Assembly: GCA_021737325.1 (NCBI GenBank)
Contig: JAIPED010000002.1
Location: 1-59,297, forward strand
Origin: Deltaproteobacteria bacterium
GTDB taxonomy: Bacteria; Desulfobacterota; Syntrophia; Syntrophales; JAIPED01
Direction: 5' to 3'
Length of the DNA: 59,297 bases
Shown here: positions 44,770 through 54,506 of the stretch, piece by piece
Layout of the letters: each line of letters starts with the position of its first letter
Numbering within the stretch: the stretch's first letter is position 1
The notes under the pieces: generated by a model
What the model was told of the DNA's origin: nothing
Seen by the model: only the letters and a program-made list of their open reading frames with translations
Databases searched by the model: none
Position numbers and translations under genes: made by a program

Positions 44770-46248
44770 TTGGAAGAGAATGAACTGCTGAGGAAGCGAC
44801 GGGAAAAAAACGCGCAACTCGGCTCCGATGGCATTGAGCTATATCCTAACGAGGTAAAGGTATCGCATACAAGTGTACAGCTTGTGGATGCCTTTTCCGC
44901 ATTAAGTGGCGAAGAACTTGCGCTTATCGGCGATGTTTTTTCGCTTGCGGGGCGGATTATGGCCGTGCGCAGCTTCGGCAAGGGTGCATTTATTAGTCTG
45001 CAGGATAGAACTGGCAGAATACAGGCTTTGCTCTCACAGGCTACCGTTGGAGAGCAAACTTTTGGTTTGTTTAAGCGGCTTGATGTTGGCGATATTATCA
45101 GCGTTGTTGGTAGGCTGATGAAAACTCGCACGGGCGAATTGACATTAGAGGCAAAGGAGTTTCGCCTGCTTTCTAAGTCTATACGGCAACTCCCGGAAAA
45201 ATGGCACGGCCTTTCTGATATTGAAACTCGTTACCGCCAGCGGCATCTTGATTTGATCGTAAACGAGAAGTCGCGGAATGTTTTTATCACTCGCTCGGAA
45301 ATAATTAAGCTCATGCGCCATTTTATGGATGATAAGGGTTTTCTGGAAGTCGAGACTCCCATGATGCATCCCATTTCTGGCGGTGCTACGGCACGCCCTT
45401 TTGTGACCCATCACAACGCACTAGACATGGAGTTATTTTTACGGATAGCCCCGGAGTTATACCTGAAAAGGCTGATCACGGGTGGTTTGGAAAGGGTTTA
45501 TGAGATAAACCGTAACTTCCGCAACGAAGGCATTTCGACGACGCATAACCCTGAATTCACGATGATGGAGTTCTATCAGGCTTATGCGACATTTACCGAT
45601 TTAATGAATATGACCGAAGAGATGTTCGCTTTTATCGCCACCGAAGTTTTGGGCTCTCCTGAATGCGTTTACCAAGGAGCGACGATCAGCCTCAAGCCTC
45701 CTTGGAAGCGTGTGCCGCTTCGTGACGCCCTTGCTGAGTATGCCGCAGTGCCCTCTGAGGTTCTCAATTCGCCGGAAAAAACCCGCGATTTGGCGCTGAA
45801 GGTTGGCTTAGAGGTAAAACCAAGCGATGCCCACGGCAAAATTATCATGAGCCTTTTTGAAGAGTTGGTTGAAGATAAACTTGTGCAACCGACATTTGTA
45901 ACACATTACCCGGTTGAAGTTTCCCCCTTGGCGCGGAAGAATGACGCTGACCCTTCCGTTGTCGATAGATTTGAACTCTACATTTGCGGTAAAGAGATTG
46001 CTAACGCCTTTTCTGAGCTTAACGACCCCGAAGATCAAAAAAATCGATTTCTTGCCCAGATGCGGGAGAGAGCGTTTGGTGATGATGAAGCCCATCAGAT
46101 GGATGATGACTATGTGGAAGTTTTAGAATACGCCATGCCTCCAACTGCAGGAGAAGGCATCGGGATTGATCGATTGGTGATGTTGCTTACGAATTCCCCC
46201 TCCATCCGCGATGTTATTCTTTTTCCCTTATTGAGGCGGAAGGACTAG
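44770..46248 (+). CDS. lysS: Lysine--tRNA ligase (class II)
   Basis: FRNEGIS (motif 2), ELNDP and GEGIGIDRLVMLL (motif 3). TTG start. Confidence 0.93.
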   Translation: MEENELLRKRREKNAQLGSDGIELYPNEVKVSHTSVQLVDAFSALSGEELALIGDVFSLAGRIMAVRSFGKGAFISLQDRTGRIQALLSQATVGEQTFGLFKRLDVGDIISVVGRLMKTRTGELTLEAKEFRLLSKSIRQLPEKWHGLSDIETRYRQRHLDLIVNEKSRNVFITRSEIIKLMRHFMDDKGFLEVETPMMHPISGGATARPFVTHHNALDMELFLRIAPELYLKRLITGGLERVYEINRNFRNEGISTTHNPEFTMMEFYQAYATFTDLMNMTEEMFAFIATEVLGSPECVYQGATISLKPPWKRVPLRDALAEYAAVPSEVLNSPEKTRDLALKVGLEVKPSDAHGKIIMSLFEELVEDKLVQPTFVTHYPVEVSPLARKNDADPSVVDRFELYICGKEIANAFSELNDPEDQKNRFLAQMRERAFGDDEAHQMDDDYVEVLEYAMPPTAGEGIGIDRLVMLLTNSPSIRDVILFPLLRRKD

Positions 46249-46249
46249 A

Positions 46250-47530
46250 ATGCTTTCCCGCTATGAAATTTTCATCGCGCTGAGATATTTGAGGGCAAAG
46301 CGTAAGCAGATGTTTGTCTCCGTCGTAACTTTTTTTTCTATCGCGGGGATAGCTATCGGCGTTGCGGCTCTTATTGTTGTACTGTCGGTGATGAACGGTT
46401 TTAGGGAGGAACTGACCGAAAAGGTTATCAATACCAATTCCCATGTTGTTTGTATGCGCTACGATGGAGGCATCAAAAATTATGCCGATGCAATGAAAAG
46501 GATCGGGACAATCGATGGTGTCATTGCCACCGCTCCGGTGGTTTATGGGCAAGCAATGATCCGTAATCGTTCGGGCATATCGGGGCTTATGGTTAGGGGT
46601 ATTGAGTTAAAGGAAGCGCTTAAGGTAATTAATGTTGGGAAGATAAAAAAAGGAACGCTTGCGGAATTAAAAATAACCGCAAGAAATTCACAATTTCCTG
46701 CCAAAAGCGCTAACCTTCCTGGGATTGCCATTGGGAAAGAGTTGGCGCGAAACGCTGGGGTAAGCCTTTATGATTCCGTAACATTGGTTTCTCCCGAGGG
46801 GATAAGTACACCATTTGGCACTGTGCCATCGGCAAAAAATTTCGTAGTTGTTGCCATTTTCGAATCAGGTTTTTACGAGTATGATACCGCTGTTGCCTAC
46901 CTTGATATTGAAGAGGCAAAGTCTTTTTTTGGATTAGGCAGTGCAGTTAGCGCTGTTGAGATAAGGGTCTCCGATATCTATCGAGCAATGACGGTGGCGC
47001 GGGAGATAGAAAAAATTTTGCCGCTTCCCTTTTTTACCCGGCATTGGATGGAGATGAATAAAAGCCTTTTTGCCGCATTAAACACAGAAAAAGCGGTCAT
47101 GTTTATCATTCTAAGTCTGATAATCATCGTCGCGGCGTTTAACATAATAACCTCGCTAATTATGGTTGTGATGGAAAAGAGCAGGGATATAGCGATATTG
47201 AAATCCATCGGGGCAACCGCCCAGTCAATTACTAGAATCTTTGTTTTGCAGGGTTTGATAATAGGTTCATCGGGATTGGCGCTTGGTTGTGGTCTGGGAC
47301 TTTTGGTGGCGGGAAACATCAACACCGCTGCAAAGCTTTTAGAAAAGCTTTTTGGAATTGAGGTTTTTCCCGGCGATATCTATTATTTCAGCCAGATACC
47401 CGCGAAGATAGCGCTTAATGATCTCTTGATTATCATTATAGGAACGATGGTTATCTGCCTTCTGGCAACGATATATCCTTCGCGGAGGGCGGCAAAGTTA
47501 GATCCGGTGGAGGCGTTACGCAACGAATGA
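46250..47530 (+). CDS. lolC: Lipoprotein-releasing ABC transporter permease LolC/E
   Basis: N-terminus YEIFIALRYLRAKRKQ, MacB-like periplasmic domain and FtsX-type C-terminal TMs. Confidence 0.85.
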   Translation: MLSRYEIFIALRYLRAKRKQMFVSVVTFFSIAGIAIGVAALIVVLSVMNGFREELTEKVINTNSHVVCMRYDGGIKNYADAMKRIGTIDGVIATAPVVYGQAMIRNRSGISGLMVRGIELKEALKVINVGKIKKGTLAELKITARNSQFPAKSANLPGIAIGKELARNAGVSLYDSVTLVSPEGISTPFGTVPSAKNFVVVAIFESGFYEYDTAVAYLDIEEAKSFFGLGSAVSAVEIRVSDIYRAMTVAREIEKILPLPFFTRHWMEMNKSLFAALNTEKAVMFIILSLIIIVAAFNIITSLIMVVMEKSRDIAILKSIGATAQSITRIFVLQGLIIGSSGLALGCGLGLLVAGNINTAAKLLEKLFGIEVFPGDIYYFSQIPAKIALNDLLIIIIGTMVICLLATIYPSRRAAKLDPVEALRNE

Positions 47531-48201
47531 GAATAGAACTATGTGGGATAAAAAAAGTATTTACCCACGAAAAACGCCAGATTACCGTGCTTAGCGATAT
47601 TGATATCACGATACCCGCTGGTTCTACACTCGCTGTCATCGGCGTTTCTGGGTCGGGAAAAAGTACATTGCTCAATATCATTGGCACTTTGATGCCCCCC
47701 AGCGCAGGTAGTGTGCTCTTTGATGGAGCCAATGTATTTGCGCAAAGCGAGCGGGAAATGGCTAACTTCCGCAACACAAAGATAGGTTTTGTTTTCCAAT
47801 CGTTTAACCTCTTGCCAGAATTCAGTTGTCTGGAAAATGTTGTGCTTCCTGCGCTTATTGGTGGAAAATCGCGGCGCGAAGCGGAGGAAGAAGCAAAGGC
47901 GGTTTTGGTTGAGGTGGGGATGGAAAAGAGATTCCAACACCGCCCTGGCGAAATATCCGGCGGCGAAGCTCAAAGGGTTGCAGTCGCAAGAGCGCTAATA
48001 ATGAATCCCTGCATTCTAATAGCCGATGAACCAACGGGGAATCTTGATAGGGAAAACGGGGCTAAGATAGCGGATATTCTGGTGTCCCTGAGTGTAAAGC
48101 GCAATGTTTCCGTGATTATCGCCACTCACAATGAGGAAATCGCCAATCGGGCATCGCGCAAGGTAGTGATTATTGATGGAAGGGTGAACAATGGCGATTA
48201 G
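47527..48201 (+). CDS. lolD: Lipoprotein-releasing ABC transporter ATP-binding protein
   Basis: Walker A GVSGSGKST, signature ISGGEAQRVAVARAL and Walker B ILIADEPTGNLD. Confidence 0.88.
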   Translation: MRIELCGIKKVFTHEKRQITVLSDIDITIPAGSTLAVIGVSGSGKSTLLNIIGTLMPPSAGSVLFDGANVFAQSEREMANFRNTKIGFVFQSFNLLPEFSCLENVVLPALIGGKSRREAEEEAKAVLVEVGMEKRFQHRPGEISGGEAQRVAVARALIMNPCILIADEPTGNLDRENGAKIADILVSLSVKRNVSVIIATHNEEIANRASRKVVIIDGRVNNGD

Positions 48202-50836
48202 GAACCAAATCGGTGTAATCCTTATTTTTGTTGCGTGTGTCTTTTTCCCTTCCGCGTCGCTGTACGCAGGGCAAAGAATTGCCGTCATGCCTTTATCATT
48301 ATTTTCCGCTGGGGAGAGTCAAACGGCTCTTGCCGTGCAAAGCACAATAGATGCTGTTTTAGCTAGCGATAACCGCTTTGAGGTTATTCCCAGCAAGGAA
48401 GTGTCCAAAGCTCTCGGGGGTTATGAGAAATATTCTGAAAGTGTTGCCCCAGCGATTGCCAGGGAGCTCAAAGCCGACATTGTGCTTTTTGGTACCGTGT
48501 TAGAATTTGGTAGTCAGATAAGTCTTAATCCTAAAGTGTGGCTGAAGAAGGAAAACAAGGTAGTACCGCTGAGGGCGATTACGGGAATGGATATGGAGCA
48601 TTTCCGTGCGGCGATAAATGATGATTTCAGCGATAGTCTGCTTTTATCCGTGGGTATAGGCAAGAGTGTTGGGGATGTTTTGGTGGTGGGCAACGCCAAG
48701 ATAGGAACTGCGGCAATAATGCAAAGGATTACCCAATCGAAGGGACAGCTATATAAAGAAGCGGATGTTGCCGAAAGCGTCAAGGCGGTTTTCCGCATGG
48801 GTTTTTTTGATGATGTTACCGTCAAGACAAGCGAGACAGGAGACGGGGTTATCGTAACCTATACGATAAAAGAAAAGCCCTCCATCCGCGAGATTAATAT
48901 CAGCGGAAACGACAAGATAGAGGAAAAACAGCTCCGTTCACTCATCTCGACAAAAAAAATGGGCGTGTTTAACCCTGAACAGGTTGCCAAGGATGCCGAA
49001 GGGATAAAGCAATTTTACCGTTCTAAGGGGTTTTTTAATGTGGAGGTTAACCACTATCTTGGCCCTGTTGATGAAACCACAGCAAGCGCTGATCTTCACT
49101 TTGAGATAAGCGAAAAGAAGAAACTTTACATAACCAGCATCGTTTTTCGTGGCAACACCATCATGTCCGACAAAGATATACTGGAGGCCATGCAAACAAA
49201 GAAGAGTAATTTTTTTTCGTTCATCACCGACAAGGGCATACTCAAGGAGGATATCCTTAAGCAGGATGTTATGCGGATAGAGGCGCTTTATATGAGCAGG
49301 GGCTTCATCAATGTCAAAATTTCCGCGCCGCAAATAAAGTACACAGAAAAGGGAATTGATATCATTGTTGAAGTACAAGAGGGGCGTCGTTATCGTATGG
49401 GTAATGTTACCATTGGAGGTGATACCCTAAAAGAAGGTTCCGCAAAAATTCTCGGAAAGCTATCACTCCCGAAGCGGGAATTTTTTGATCAATCCGCGCT
49501 GATTATGGATAGGGAGCTGCTGGTGCGTTTGGCTCAGGATGAGGGATACGCCTTTGCCAATGTAAAGGTGGCGAGTAACACCGATGATATTAACAATACG
49601 ATCGACATAGAATATGAGTTAGCGGCGGGGCGGCCGGTGCAGTTTGGGCGTATCCTTGTTTCCGGTAACACCGTTACCAGGGAAAAGGTGATTCTCCGTG
49701 CGCTTGCTTTTTCCGAAGGGGAGCTGTTTAGCCGTAGCAATCTAGAGGCAAGCCACCGTTCTTTGACCAGCTTAGGATTTTTTAGCGAAATCAATATTAA
49801 TCCGGAAAAAGGCGTTGCACAAAATGCTACCGACATACGAATACAGGTAAAGGAAAAACCTACGGGATCCATCTCGGCGGGGGTTGGTTATTCTGCTTCC
49901 GACAAGGCATCAATAACCGCGCAAATAGCAAAAGCGAACTTGTTAGGATACGGGCAACAGCTAAATCTGCAAGGAACATTATCGGGGACAACGCTTAAGT
50001 TTACATTTTCTTTTGTTGATCCCTATCTGTTTGATTATAATCTGTGGTCCCGTTTTGAAGCATGGGACATGACTACCAACTATGACGAGTATGATCTTGA
50101 TTCCCGTGGCGTGGCTGTTACTTTTTCCCGTGCGCTACTCTACAATATTGCGGGCAGTATCTCGTATAGATTGGCCAGGGATAATGTGTTTAATGTGAAG
50201 AGTTCCGCCGCCGAATCGATAAAAAGTCAGGCGGGACTCAGGACAAAAAGCTCAGCCACCCTGGGATTTAGCAAAGAGGAGATAGATAATTTTCTCTTTC
50301 CTACCAGAGGATACTCCCTTAGTACACAGATTACGCATGTTGGTCTTGGCGGCGATATCAAATTTGATAAAGTAACCGTGTCAGCGCGTTACTACGAGCC
50401 GATAAATGATAACCTCGTTCTTAGTTTGTATGGCACTGCCGGTGCCATCAACGAATTGGAAGGGGGAAACCTGCCCACCTATGAGAGGTTTACTTTAGGC
50501 GGCATTGGTACCCTTACAGGATTATCCGAAATCGGACCTCGTGATCCTGCAACAAATAGCCTTATCGGTGGCAAGGGAATGATGTGCTACGCTGCGGAAG
50601 TTGGTTTCCCTCTTGTGCGTGATGCGGGCTTGATGGCTGCGGTTTTTTACAACACCGGTAACGCTTGGGCAAGCGCAAGGGACTACAACTTTGAGGATAT
50701 GCGCCATACTATGGGATATGGCATACGCTGGAATTCCCCGATAGGGCCTATTAGGCTGGAATGGGGTTATCCGCTGGATCGTAAAGAAGGGGAGCCTGCT
50801 TATCGCATGGAGTTTTCGCTGGGGATGCGTTTTTAG
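48191..50836 (+). CDS. bamA: Outer membrane protein assembly factor BamA with an N-terminal extension
   Basis: POTRA repeats begin near aa 158 (VLVVGNAKIG...). The C-terminus is a beta-barrel ending RMEFSLGMRF; 881 aa. Confidence 0.9.
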   Translation: MAIRNQIGVILIFVACVFFPSASLYAGQRIAVMPLSLFSAGESQTALAVQSTIDAVLASDNRFEVIPSKEVSKALGGYEKYSESVAPAIARELKADIVLFGTVLEFGSQISLNPKVWLKKENKVVPLRAITGMDMEHFRAAINDDFSDSLLLSVGIGKSVGDVLVVGNAKIGTAAIMQRITQSKGQLYKEADVAESVKAVFRMGFFDDVTVKTSETGDGVIVTYTIKEKPSIREINISGNDKIEEKQLRSLISTKKMGVFNPEQVAKDAEGIKQFYRSKGFFNVEVNHYLGPVDETTASADLHFEISEKKKLYITSIVFRGNTIMSDKDILEAMQTKKSNFFSFITDKGILKEDILKQDVMRIEALYMSRGFINVKISAPQIKYTEKGIDIIVEVQEGRRYRMGNVTIGGDTLKEGSAKILGKLSLPKREFFDQSALIMDRELLVRLAQDEGYAFANVKVASNTDDINNTIDIEYELAAGRPVQFGRILVSGNTVTREKVILRALAFSEGELFSRSNLEASHRSLTSLGFFSEININPEKGVAQNATDIRIQVKEKPTGSISAGVGYSASDKASITAQIAKANLLGYGQQLNLQGTLSGTTLKFTFSFVDPYLFDYNLWSRFEAWDMTTNYDEYDLDSRGVAVTFSRALLYNIAGSISYRLARDNVFNVKSSAAESIKSQAGLRTKSSATLGFSKEEIDNFLFPTRGYSLSTQITHVGLGGDIKFDKVTVSARYYEPINDNLVLSLYGTAGAINELEGGNLPTYERFTLGGIGTLTGLSEIGPRDPATNSLIGGKGMMCYAAEVGFPLVRDAGLMAAVFYNTGNAWASARDYNFEDMRHTMGYGIRWNSPIGPIRLEWGYPLDRKEGEPAYRMEFSLGMRF

Positions 50837-50896
50837 TTTTTTGCCAGCAAGTATTCGTCACAAAATAAAATTTATACCAGTTGAAGGGAGAAACAG

Positions 50897-51427
50897 ATGG
50901 AAAAGTTTAGCAAAAAAATCGCAATGCTCCTAGGTTGCCTCTTCTTGGTTGCCGTTGCGTTTTCACCTGCTCTTGCGGAAACCAAAATAGGCTTTTTTAA
51001 TAGCCTAGATATTATTGGCAATTCCACAATGGGTAAACGAGTCATCGCGGAATTGAAAGATTTTCAAGAGAAAAAGTCGGAAGGGATAAAAAAGGAGGAG
51101 GAGGAAATAAAGCGACTATACGCGGACCTAAACAAACAAAAGGGAATGATCAGAAACGATGCATTTCAAGAGCGAGAGTTGGAAATTCAGAGGCGGTATA
51201 GGGATTGGCAAACAAAAGCGAGCGATATTGCCCATGAGCTTCAGCTCAAGCAGCAGGAGAAAATAAACGAGATTGGCAAAGCTATGACCGGGATAATTCA
51301 AGAAATTGGCCATGCGGAAAAGTACACCTTGATTTTGGATGCTTATTCCACCCAGCTTCCCTACTTTGAAAAGAAGAATGATATTACCGAAAAAATAATC
51401 GCCGGAATGGATAGGCGCTATAAATAG
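50897..51427 (+). CDS. skp: Periplasmic chaperone Skp/OmpH
   Basis: Signal peptide and a Lys/Glu/Gln-rich coiled-coil region, in the canonical position between bamA and lpxD. Confidence 0.85.
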   Translation: MEKFSKKIAMLLGCLFLVAVAFSPALAETKIGFFNSLDIIGNSTMGKRVIAELKDFQEKKSEGIKKEEEEIKRLYADLNKQKGMIRNDAFQERELEIQRRYRDWQTKASDIAHELQLKQQEKINEIGKAMTGIIQEIGHAEKYTLILDAYSTQLPYFEKKNDITEKIIAGMDRRYK

Positions 51428-51440
51428 TAGGAGACACTGC

Positions 51441-52517
51441 GTGGAGTTAAAACTCTTTCAGGTTGCGGAATTACTTGGCGGTGTTTGTCATGGTAACGGT
51501 GAAGCGATTATTCGTTCTGTTAGCGGTATTGATGAGGCGCTTCCTGGCGATATAACCTTTCTCGCCAACAAAAAATATCAAAAGTCATTGCATAAAACTC
51601 GCGCAACGGCGGTTTTGGTTGTCCAAAAATACGACATTGAAATAAACCAAGTTGTGGTTCCCGATGCCTATGTTGCCTTTGGTACTCTGCTGGGGGTATT
51701 TTATCCGCAGGAAGAACAATTCTGCGGTATCAGCGAGAAGGCGTTTATTGAGGAAGGAGCGAGTATTGCTTCAGGAGCTACCATTTTTCCCTTTGCCTGT
51801 GTCAGAAGAGGGGCAAGGATTGGCGGGGGTGCGATTATCTATCCGGGAGCTTACATCGGCACCAACAGTGGTGTTGGTGAAGAGAGCATTATCCATGCCA
51901 ATGTAGTTATTGCCCATGACTGTCAGGTGGGAAGGAATGTGATAATCCATGCTGGCAGTGTCATTGGTGCGGATGGTTTTGGGTTTGCCAATCCTGGGGG
52001 GACCAACTATAAAATACCGCAGGTTGGCCTTGTTCAAATTGACGATAATTGTGAAATTGGTGCCAATGTTACCATTGACCGGGGGACGATGGGGAAAACG
52101 CATCTTCAAGAAAATGTGAAGATTGACAACCTGGTGCAGATTGCCCACAATGTAGTCATTGGCAAGAATTCCGTCATAGTAGCCCAAACGGGGATAGCGG
52201 GAAGCACCAAAATTGGGGAGAGTAACATCATCGGTGGGCAATCCGCCATTGCGGGACACTTAAAGATAGGAAACCGTGTTATGCTTGCTGCTCGTTCGGG
52301 GGTGCATGGCGATGTGCAAGAAGGTAGCGTTGTTGCGGGTACTCCCCATCGGGAATACCAGCGATGGCTTCGCATTGAAGCGGTAATTTCCCGCCTTCCA
52401 GAAATGCGGGAAAAGGTCATACAGTTGCAGGAAAGAATAGAACAATTAGAAACAATTATAACAACGAAAGAAGGCGTGAAAAATGGGCATCCATCCAACG
52501 GCGATAATCTCCCCTGA
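51441..52517 (+). CDS. lpxD: UDP-3-O-acylglucosamine N-acyltransferase
   Basis: Left-handed beta-helix hexapeptide repeats and an LpxD N-terminal domain. GTG start. Confidence 0.9.
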   Translation: MELKLFQVAELLGGVCHGNGEAIIRSVSGIDEALPGDITFLANKKYQKSLHKTRATAVLVVQKYDIEINQVVVPDAYVAFGTLLGVFYPQEEQFCGISEKAFIEEGASIASGATIFPFACVRRGARIGGGAIIYPGAYIGTNSGVGEESIIHANVVIAHDCQVGRNVIIHAGSVIGADGFGFANPGGTNYKIPQVGLVQIDDNCEIGANVTIDRGTMGKTHLQENVKIDNLVQIAHNVVIGKNSVIVAQTGIAGSTKIGESNIIGGQSAIAGHLKIGNRVMLAARSGVHGDVQEGSVVAGTPHREYQRWLRIEAVISRLPEMREKVIQLQERIEQLETIITTKEGVKNGHPSNGDNLP

Positions 52518-53256
52518 TGCGAAAATTGATCCCAGCGCCAGCATTGGCGCTTATTCTGTGATTGGCGAAAGCGTAACTATTGGAGGGGGAACGACAATAG
52601 GGAGCCATGTGGTTGTTGAATCGCACACCGATATCGGGACAAACTGTCGCATTTCCCAGTTTGCCTCTCTTGGTGGTTTACCCCAGGACTTAAAATATGA
52701 GGGAGAAGAAACAAGGGTAATCATTGGCAATAACAATGTCATCCGTGAATTTGCGACGATCAACCGTGCCACCAAAGCCGATATCGGCATGACATTCATC
52801 GGAAATAACAATCTGATAATGGCCTATTGTCATATTGCCCATAACTGCAAATTGGGGAACAATATCGTTGTTTCCAATTCGGCGGCCTTGGCGGGGCATG
52901 TGCATGTTGATGACTATGCGATCATTGGGGGGCTTTCCGGTATTCACCAGTTTACCAAGATAGGGGCCTATAGTTTTATTGGAGGTGCCTCTGCTGTTAC
53001 CCGCGATGTTCCTCCGTTTGTTTTGGTGTCTGGCAATACGGCCAAGGCCTACGGACTAAATGTCGTGGGGCTACAGCGGCGAGGTTTTAGTGAAGAAACT
53101 ATAGGAATCCTCAAAAGTGCTTACCGCCTTGTTTATCGCTCCTCTCTTGCTGTTGCTGATGCAATCCGCGAGATAAACAGAGAGCTACCCGATATAGAAG
53201 AGGTACGCGTGTTTGTTGATTTCGTACGAAATTCGGAAAGAGGTATTTGTCGTTAG
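52483..53256 (+). CDS. lpxA: Acyl-ACP--UDP-N-acetylglucosamine O-acyltransferase
   Basis: [15 protein letters not shown], hexapeptide repeats and a C-terminal helical domain. Confidence 0.9.
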   Translation: MGIHPTAIISPDAKIDPSASIGAYSVIGESVTIGGGTTIGSHVVVESHTDIGTNCRISQFASLGGLPQDLKYEGEETRVIIGNNNVIREFATINRATKADIGMTFIGNNNLIMAYCHIAHNCKLGNNIVVSNSAALAGHVHVDDYAIIGGLSGIHQFTKIGAYSFIGGASAVTRDVPPFVLVSGNTAKAYGLNVVGLQRRGFSEETIGILKSAYRLVYRSSLAVADAIREINRELPDIEEVRVFVDFVRNSERGICR

Positions 53257-53366
53257 CCACAAGGGCTAACGACGCTCCAAAACCCATTCACGGGGAATAT
53301 CATCACGGGCAAGTTACGGATGTGGTGTTTCTCTTGCGTTTATCCTTGTTCCAACGGAAGTGTACA

Positions 53367-54506
53367 ATGCCAGAAAAGAGCAAAAGTATCCTCATCATCG
53401 CGGGAGAATCTTCGGGAGATTATCACGGGGCTAACCTCGTTAAAGCGATGAAGACGCTTGATCCGTCCCTCTCGTTTTGGGGTCTCGGTGGCGCGAAAAT
53501 GGAAATGGCAGGGGTAGAGCTGGTTAAAAATATCCAGGAGCTGTCCGTTCTTGGTGTTACCGATGTCCTGAAAAAAATCAAACCGATTATCAGCACCTTT
53601 CGTTTACTCAAAAAAGAGCTTTTAGCCCGTGGTGCCGACACTGTGCTTCTAGTTGACTACCCAGGTTTTAATCTGCGTTTCGCTCAGATGGCAAAAAAAC
53701 GGGGTTTTAAGGTTGTTTACTACATCACTCCCAAGGTTTGGGCCTGGGGGGGAAGAAGGATTAACAAACTCCGTAATAGCATTGATAAGGCATTAGTAAT
53801 TTTTTCTTTTGAAGAAGAAATTTTTCGCAGAGCGGGAATCCCCGTATCTTTTGTGGGCAACCCGTTACTTGATGGAATCAAGACAGCGGCAACAAAAAGT
53901 GAAGCGCGTCAGCTTCTAAGGCTCAATGGTGAAAAAGAAACAATTGTTTTGCTTCCTGGATCCCGTGAGGGGGAGATTAGAAGGATACTTCCAGCAATTA
54001 TGGAGGCGGCCCAAATTTTATCGCATAATCAACCTTCGCGGCAGTTTATTCTCCCCTTGGCAGATTCCATTGCCGAGGCGGACATTATGAGGTTAATTGC
54101 TGGCCAAGGGATAGCCGTTAAAGTCGTCAGCGGAGAGACCCATAACGCTATTAAGGCTGCCGACATGGCTATTGCCACTTCCGGCACAGTTACCTTAGAA
54201 ACGGCGATTATTGGTGTACCTATGGTCATCGTGTATAAGACTTCACTAACAACATACTTGATTGCGAAACTGCTGGCGCGTACTTCCTTTATTGGACTTC
54301 CCAACATCATTCTCGGCAAGGCTGTTGTGTGCGAGTTGCTGCAGGGATTGGCCACTGGCGAAAGAATAGCGACAGAGGTTGAATCCCTTGGCTCACGCAG
54401 GGAAGAATTTGCGCAGGCTTTTGCCTCTATAAGAGAAATGCTAGGTGCAGGAAACGCTGTTGAACGCGTTGCGCAGGAAATTTTTGCAATGCTAAGGAAC
54501 CGTTGA
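53367..54506 (+). CDS. lpxB: Lipid-A-disaccharide synthase
   Basis: ILIIAGESSGDYHGANL N-terminal signature. The start is at ATG 53367; the track ORF starts at 53247. Confidence 0.88.
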   Translation: MPEKSKSILIIAGESSGDYHGANLVKAMKTLDPSLSFWGLGGAKMEMAGVELVKNIQELSVLGVTDVLKKIKPIISTFRLLKKELLARGADTVLLVDYPGFNLRFAQMAKKRGFKVVYYITPKVWAWGGRRINKLRNSIDKALVIFSFEEEIFRRAGIPVSFVGNPLLDGIKTAATKSEARQLLRLNGEKETIVLLPGSREGEIRRILPAIMEAAQILSHNQPSRQFILPLADSIAEADIMRLIAGQGIAVKVVSGETHNAIKAADMAIATSGTVTLETAIIGVPMVIVYKTSLTTYLIAKLLARTSFIGLPNIILGKAVVCELLQGLATGERIATEVESLGSRREEFAQAFASIREMLGAGNAVERVAQEIFAMLRNR

